Shown here: positions 59,745 through 64,000 of the stretch, piece by piece
How positions within the stretch are numbered: position 1 is the first letter of the stretch
How the letters are laid out: each line of letters begins with the position of its first letter
Assembly: GCA_002295635.1 (NCBI GenBank)
Contig: DBHK01000003.1
Coordinates: 12,561 to 76,560, forward strand
Reading direction: 5' to 3'
Length of the DNA stretch: 64,000 nt
From: Alphaproteobacteria bacterium UBA830
GTDB taxonomy: Bacteria; Pseudomonadota; Alphaproteobacteria; MPNO01; UBA830
Notes under the pieces: model-generated
The model's database searches: none
Told to the model about the DNA's origin: nothing
Seen by the model: only the letters and a program-made list of their open reading frames with translations
Position numbers and translations under genes: made by a program

Positions 59745-60043
59745 CTTTCTCGGATATCCGAGACTGAATCGAAGGCGTCTATATCGCAGACGTATACCGT
59801 CACCTGTACGATATCCGACATGGTGCCTCCATTGGCGTCGAGGATGGCACTTATGTTTTCTAAAACCTGAGTGGTTTGAGTTCGGATATTACCTTCACCG
59901 ACTAGCTTACCTCCGGCGTCAAGTGACACTTGCCCGGCGATAAACAACATTGGTCCGGCCTCTACCCGAACGCTATTAGAATAATGGGGTTTTAGGGCTG
60001 GAGAGACAGACGTTGGGGTGTTGCCCACAGATTTATTATTCAT
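59639..60043 (-). CDS. RidA/YjgF-family protein
   Basis: LFIAGQV, QTTQVLENI, PASAIVEVSALA, IEIAAVA. Confidence 0.9.
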   Translation of the reverse strand: MNNKSVGNTPTSVSPALKPHYSNSVRVEAGPMLFIAGQVSLDAGGKLVGEGNIRTQTTQVLENISAILDANGGTMSDIVQVTVYVCDIDAFDSVSDIRESYFPSEGPASAIVEVSALAWPEFLIEIAAVATLPS

Positions 60044-60128
60044 ATAATTCAACCTTATTGTTGAATGAAACTTTATCATTCGAGGAAACGGAGTATACTA
60101 CTTAAAAAAAAGTTTCGGGATAAAATGG

Positions 60129-61184
60129 ATGTTCCTCAAGAATTGCTGGTACGTGGCCGCTTGGTCGAAGGATGTTAGCCGGGAACTTCTCGGTCGGATT
60201 CTACTTAACGAAACCGTGGTGCTCTACCGCAGAAAAGACGGGTCGCCGGTCGCGCTCGAAAACCGCTGTCCTCACCGAAACCTTCCTCTTTCTGAAGGTA
60301 ACCTGATCGACGATGAAATCGAATGCGGCTATCATGGCATGGTTTTCAACAACGATGGCGTCTGCACTCATCTCCCAGGATCTGAAGAACCTCCAGTTTG
60401 GGCGACCGTGAAGCGGTACCCCATTGCGGAGCGTAACGGTTGGGTATTCTATTGGCCGGGGGACCCAAGCCTCGCCGACGAAGATTTGCTGCCTGACTAC
60501 CATAAATATAACGAGGATGAAGACTGGATCCGGGCCCAGGGGCAGACCCATGTAAAGGCAGGTTACAGACTAGTGTTAGATAATTTGCTGGATCTTTCGC
60601 ACTTAACTTTTGTGCATGGCTCAACGACGGGTAATCGTGCAGTGGCAGAATCCGCCGACTTAACCACTGATCTAGAGGGTAATAATGTCCGCGTCACCCG
60701 CTGGATGGAGGATATAGAGCCCGCGTTGGCGTTTCGCGAATATGGGAAATATGAAAACAATATCGATCGCTGGCAGATGAGCCAATTTATCCCTCCCGCT
60801 TACATTAATATTAACAATGGTTCGGTCGATACCGGAGTCGGTGCAGACCAAGAGACACGCAACAACGACCAAGGGAAGTGGGGTTTTGTGGTCTACCACG
60901 CGATGACGCCAGAAACCGATACAACAACACATCAATTCTGGACCGTCGCTGGACATAAGGACAAGGTTCCACAGGATATGCGAGAGCTGTTCGTCGAGCA
61001 GATGCATGGGGTGCTAAAGGAAGACCTCGACATCTATGAAGCGCAGCAGCGCGCTATCGACTTAGATCCAGAATCTCTTAATCGCGATGCCAACCCGCGT
61101 GGCACAATTCCTGCTGACCAAGGATTGCTCTCTATGCGAAGAGTGATCCGTAGGATGTATGGAAACGAACAGAAGGCGATCTAA
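60129..61184 (+). CDS. Rieske oxygenase, VanA-like (alpha-only) family
   Basis: FLKNCWYVAAW, CPHR...CGYHG, DNLLDLSHLTFVH. Confidence 0.92.
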   Translation: MFLKNCWYVAAWSKDVSRELLGRILLNETVVLYRRKDGSPVALENRCPHRNLPLSEGNLIDDEIECGYHGMVFNNDGVCTHLPGSEEPPVWATVKRYPIAERNGWVFYWPGDPSLADEDLLPDYHKYNEDEDWIRAQGQTHVKAGYRLVLDNLLDLSHLTFVHGSTTGNRAVAESADLTTDLEGNNVRVTRWMEDIEPALAFREYGKYENNIDRWQMSQFIPPAYININNGSVDTGVGADQETRNNDQGKWGFVVYHAMTPETDTTTHQFWTVAGHKDKVPQDMRELFVEQMHGVLKEDLDIYEAQQRAIDLDPESLNRDANPRGTIPADQGLLSMRRVIRRMYGNEQKAI

Positions 61185-61344
61185 GTGGTCGAGTAAACTA
61201 TATGCGCGGTCGGTATAAACAACCCCGAGAGACTATATCTATCAGAAAATATGTCTCAATTTCATTATTAGACGACTGGCGGATGGGCAGGAAGAACCAA
61301 TCTTACTGGGCACTTGGAGCTCGACTGAAGGGTCTAAAAGGCAG

Positions 61345-63420
61345 ATGACCATTACGATTCAATCGCCACCCTGGCGAGTCGGGGTAGATGTCGGCGGAAC
61401 ATTTACCGATTTAGTGATTGCTGACAGCGAGGGCCGGACAGAAGTCTTCAAAGTACCATCCGTGCCGGCAGATCCGGGCGAAGGTGTGATCAACGCTCTA
61501 GATGCAGCATGTGTTGCACTAGACCAGACGACCAAAAAATTTCTCGGCGACTGTCAGTTCTTTCTGCACGGCTCGACTGTGGCCACCAACACTCTTCTTG
61601 AAGGCAAGGGTGCTAAGGTCGGATTGCTGACCACTAGAGGTTTCCGAGACAGCCTTGAAGCGCGCCGAGGCTTGCGTAAAGACCCTTGGGATCACCGGAC
61701 ACCTTATCCGCCGGTATTAGTTCCACGTTATTTGCGCCAGCCGGTTGGGGGGAGAATCAATTCTAAAGGAGAAGAAATAGAACCTATCAACTTTGGTGAC
61801 GTCCGCGAAGCATGCCGGATATTTCGCGACGAGGGTGTCGAGTCCATTGCTGTCTGCCTACTTAATAGTTTTGCTAATAGTTCCCATGAAAACGCGGTAG
61901 TGGACCTGTTACGGGAAGAAAGTGGGTGCGATTGGATTTCAGTTTCCTCCGATATCGTCCCGATTATGGGCGAGTACGAAAGAACTTCTACGACGGCGGT
62001 TAACGCATACGTAATGCCCAGAGTTGCTTCTTATTTGACGGCACTACAGAAAAAATTGATCGATATGGGTTTGCAGGCAAAACTTTTAATGTTGCAATCT
62101 AACGGAGGTGCCGCGTCTCTGGATCAGCTAATCCGCCAGCCGGTCAACTTGTTATTGTCGGGACCCTCGGCAGGTGTAGGAGCGATGCATCATTTGGCCG
62201 ATGGGATCGGCGAAAATAATTTGGTTAGCATGGAAATTGGCGGGACCAGTTGCGATGTTATGCTGATGCACGAAGGCCGCGTTGCTATCACAGACTCTCT
62301 ATCCGTAAACGAATACGATCTGGTTACTCCGTCGGTCGATATCCATACGGTCGGTGCAGGCGGCGGTACTATCTCAGGGCTTGATAGTGCCGGACTAATG
62401 TATGCCGGCCCGGAAGGGGCTGGGGCGCGGCCTGGCCCGGCCGCCTACGGCCACGGCGGCACCCGCCCAACGGTTACTGATGCCCACCTAGTGCTTGGAA
62501 GAATGCGTCCTGGCCCTTATGCAGGCGGATCCGTGTCACTAAATATGTCGCTCGCTGAGAAGGCACTTGATACAGAGATCGCGGATCCCGCCGGTATCTC
62601 GCGGATAGATGCTGCTGCCGGCTTGATCCGTATCGTTGAACAGAATCTGCTACACGCGGTCGAACGGATCAGTATTCAGCGCGGTTATAACCCGGGCCGT
62701 TTTATGCTGATCGCGTGCGGAGGCGCTGGCCCGATGCACGGCGCGTCCGTGGGGCGCAAGCTGGGTGCCCGGGCCGTTTATGTTCCACGTCAGGCGGGTG
62801 CGTTCTGTGCAATCGGTATGCAGCATGCCAATGTGCGAAGGGATTTCGTCCACGTCGTTATGCAGGAACTTAACAATGAGGTAACCGACGCGATTTCGAA
62901 GGGTTATAAAAGGTTAGAAACCCAAGCTCTAGAAGCACTGAACAAAGAAGGTTTTGAAAAACAAGATACAGAATTCGACTACGAGCTAGACCTACACTAC
63001 GAAGGCCAGCAATGGGATGTTCGTGTCGTGCTCGATCCAGATGCCACCCCAGAAGATATACGGGTTGCGTTCGAAGTCGAATACGACCGTCAATTCGGCC
63101 ACACTAACCCCGATAGCCGTATCAATATTGCAAAGTTACGGGTGGTTGGTATCGGTAAGTTACCGGCGTTGGAGGATCTTAAGTTTGATCCGGTCTATGA
63201 AGCGGCGATACCTATCGAGACCCGTCCCGTCTACTCCGAATCCGCTGGTGAATTCCTTGACACACCGATTTATCGCGGTGCAGATCTTTATCATGGACAT
63301 AGTTTTTTTGGCCCAGCCATTATTGAAGAGGCAACCACAACAATCCTTGTTGGACCCGGAGACTCTGTAAAAGTAGATCAGCTAAATAATTATCTAGTTA
63401 CCTTCGAGACGGATGGCTGA
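61345..63420 (+). CDS. Hydantoinase A/oxoprolinase family subunit
   Basis: GVDVGGTFTD, HGSTVATN, EYERTST, SGPSAG, GAGGG, GGAGPMH. Confidence 0.93.
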   Translation: MTITIQSPPWRVGVDVGGTFTDLVIADSEGRTEVFKVPSVPADPGEGVINALDAACVALDQTTKKFLGDCQFFLHGSTVATNTLLEGKGAKVGLLTTRGFRDSLEARRGLRKDPWDHRTPYPPVLVPRYLRQPVGGRINSKGEEIEPINFGDVREACRIFRDEGVESIAVCLLNSFANSSHENAVVDLLREESGCDWISVSSDIVPIMGEYERTSTTAVNAYVMPRVASYLTALQKKLIDMGLQAKLLMLQSNGGAASLDQLIRQPVNLLLSGPSAGVGAMHHLADGIGENNLVSMEIGGTSCDVMLMHEGRVAITDSLSVNEYDLVTPSVDIHTVGAGGGTISGLDSAGLMYAGPEGAGARPGPAAYGHGGTRPTVTDAHLVLGRMRPGPYAGGSVSLNMSLAEKALDTEIADPAGISRIDAAAGLIRIVEQNLLHAVERISIQRGYNPGRFMLIACGGAGPMHGASVGRKLGARAVYVPRQAGAFCAIGMQHANVRRDFVHVVMQELNNEVTDAISKGYKRLETQALEALNKEGFEKQDTEFDYELDLHYEGQQWDVRVVLDPDATPEDIRVAFEVEYDRQFGHTNPDSRINIAKLRVVGIGKLPALEDLKFDPVYEAAIPIETRPVYSESAGEFLDTPIYRGADLYHGHSFFGPAIIEEATTTILVGPGDSVKVDQLNNYLVTFETDG

Positions 63421-63424
63421 GCTT

Positions 63425-64000
63425 ATGGGTGCTGAATCTAAGATTAAGAAACTTGATCCCGTCATACTGGCGCTTACCCAAAATCGCCTGGATCATATCT
63501 CTCATCAGATGGGGTGGGTGATGGTGCGCACTGCCCGTAGCCCCATCTTCAGCCAGGCACATGATTTTTCATGCTTTATTGCGGGACCGACAGGAGAGGT
63601 TGTGAGCCAGGCTGACGGAATTCCGATACATACCGGTAGTGGCGGATTTGGAGTTCGAGCGATCTTACGTGATTTTGGCGAAGAATTAGCCGAAGGTGAC
63701 GTATACCTGCTTAATGATCCGTGGGAAGCGGGTGGCAACCATTTGCCGGATTGGGTTATCGCGCGGCCCATCTTCGTCGATGGACAGATGGTTGGGCTAA
63801 CCTGCAATCGTGCACATCAGTCCGATATCGGTGGCGGGGCTGCAGGTGCCTATAACCCCGCTGCAACTGACGCTTGGTCGGAGGGGGTGCGGTTGCCTGT
63901 GCTGAAGCTAGTTGAAGCCGGGAAGACTCGGCAAGACCTCTGGAAACTGCTGATGTTAAATACACGCACGCCTCATCTACAGGATGGAGATTTGCGAGCG
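63425..64000 (+). CDS. Hydantoinase B/oxoprolinase subunit, truncated by window end
   Basis: Not in ORF track. From ATG 63425: MGAESKIKKLDPVILALTQNRL...RTARSPIFSQAHDFSC...LNDPWEAGGNHLPD...HQSDIGG. Confidence 0.92.
   Translation, partial: MGAESKIKKLDPVILALTQNRLDHISHQMGWVMVRTARSPIFSQAHDFSCFIAGPTGEVVSQADGIPIHTGSGGFGVRAILRDFGEELAEGDVYLLNDPWEAGGNHLPDWVIARPIFVDGQMVGLTCNRAHQSDIGGGAAGAYNPAATDAWSEGVRLPVLKLVEAGKTRQDLWKLLMLNTRTPHLQDGDLRA

Noticed and set aside
1-64000. Numerous 60-200 aa ORFs overlapping or antisense to recognised genes
   Set aside because: They are shadows of well-supported CDSs and carry no family motifs
1-64000. CRISPR array, rRNA, intact transposase or prophage genes
   Set aside because: No regularly spaced repeats or matching protein motifs seen

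Overview
Bacterial chromosome segment, most consistent with a marine alphaproteobacterium (Rhodospirillales-like; inferred from gene content, a SAM-alpha riboswitch and a CtrA-like box). The left part (1-24.9 kb) is mostly housekeeping: fhs, MscS, argD-argF-hslO, trkH, apaG, metZ with a SAM-II riboswitch, ctaA, a DinG-like helicase and tRNA-Val(GAC), plus a NagGH-like Rieske oxygenase cluster and an itaconate/methylsuccinate-type CoA operon. After tRNA-Val lies a ~3.7 kb decayed island in which two pieces of a tyrosine integrase alternate with intact cargo genes (M23 peptidase, CPXCG protein, polysaccharide-lyase-like protein) and short junction repeats. The right part is dense in uncharacterised catabolic modules. 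These include a Mo-hydroxylase (M-S-L) + NMT1-type ABC importer + ALDH/SDR cluster bracketed by two paralogous cupins, two more Rieske oxygenases, a 4-pyridoxate-dehydrogenase-like GMC enzyme, an anchor-less SdhAB-like pair with an altered active site, and hydantoinase A/B. It also carries glnS, a class II photolyase, a two-component system and an EpmC-like protein. No CRISPR array, rRNA or intact transposase was seen. All calls are from motif recognition by eye; no searches were run.
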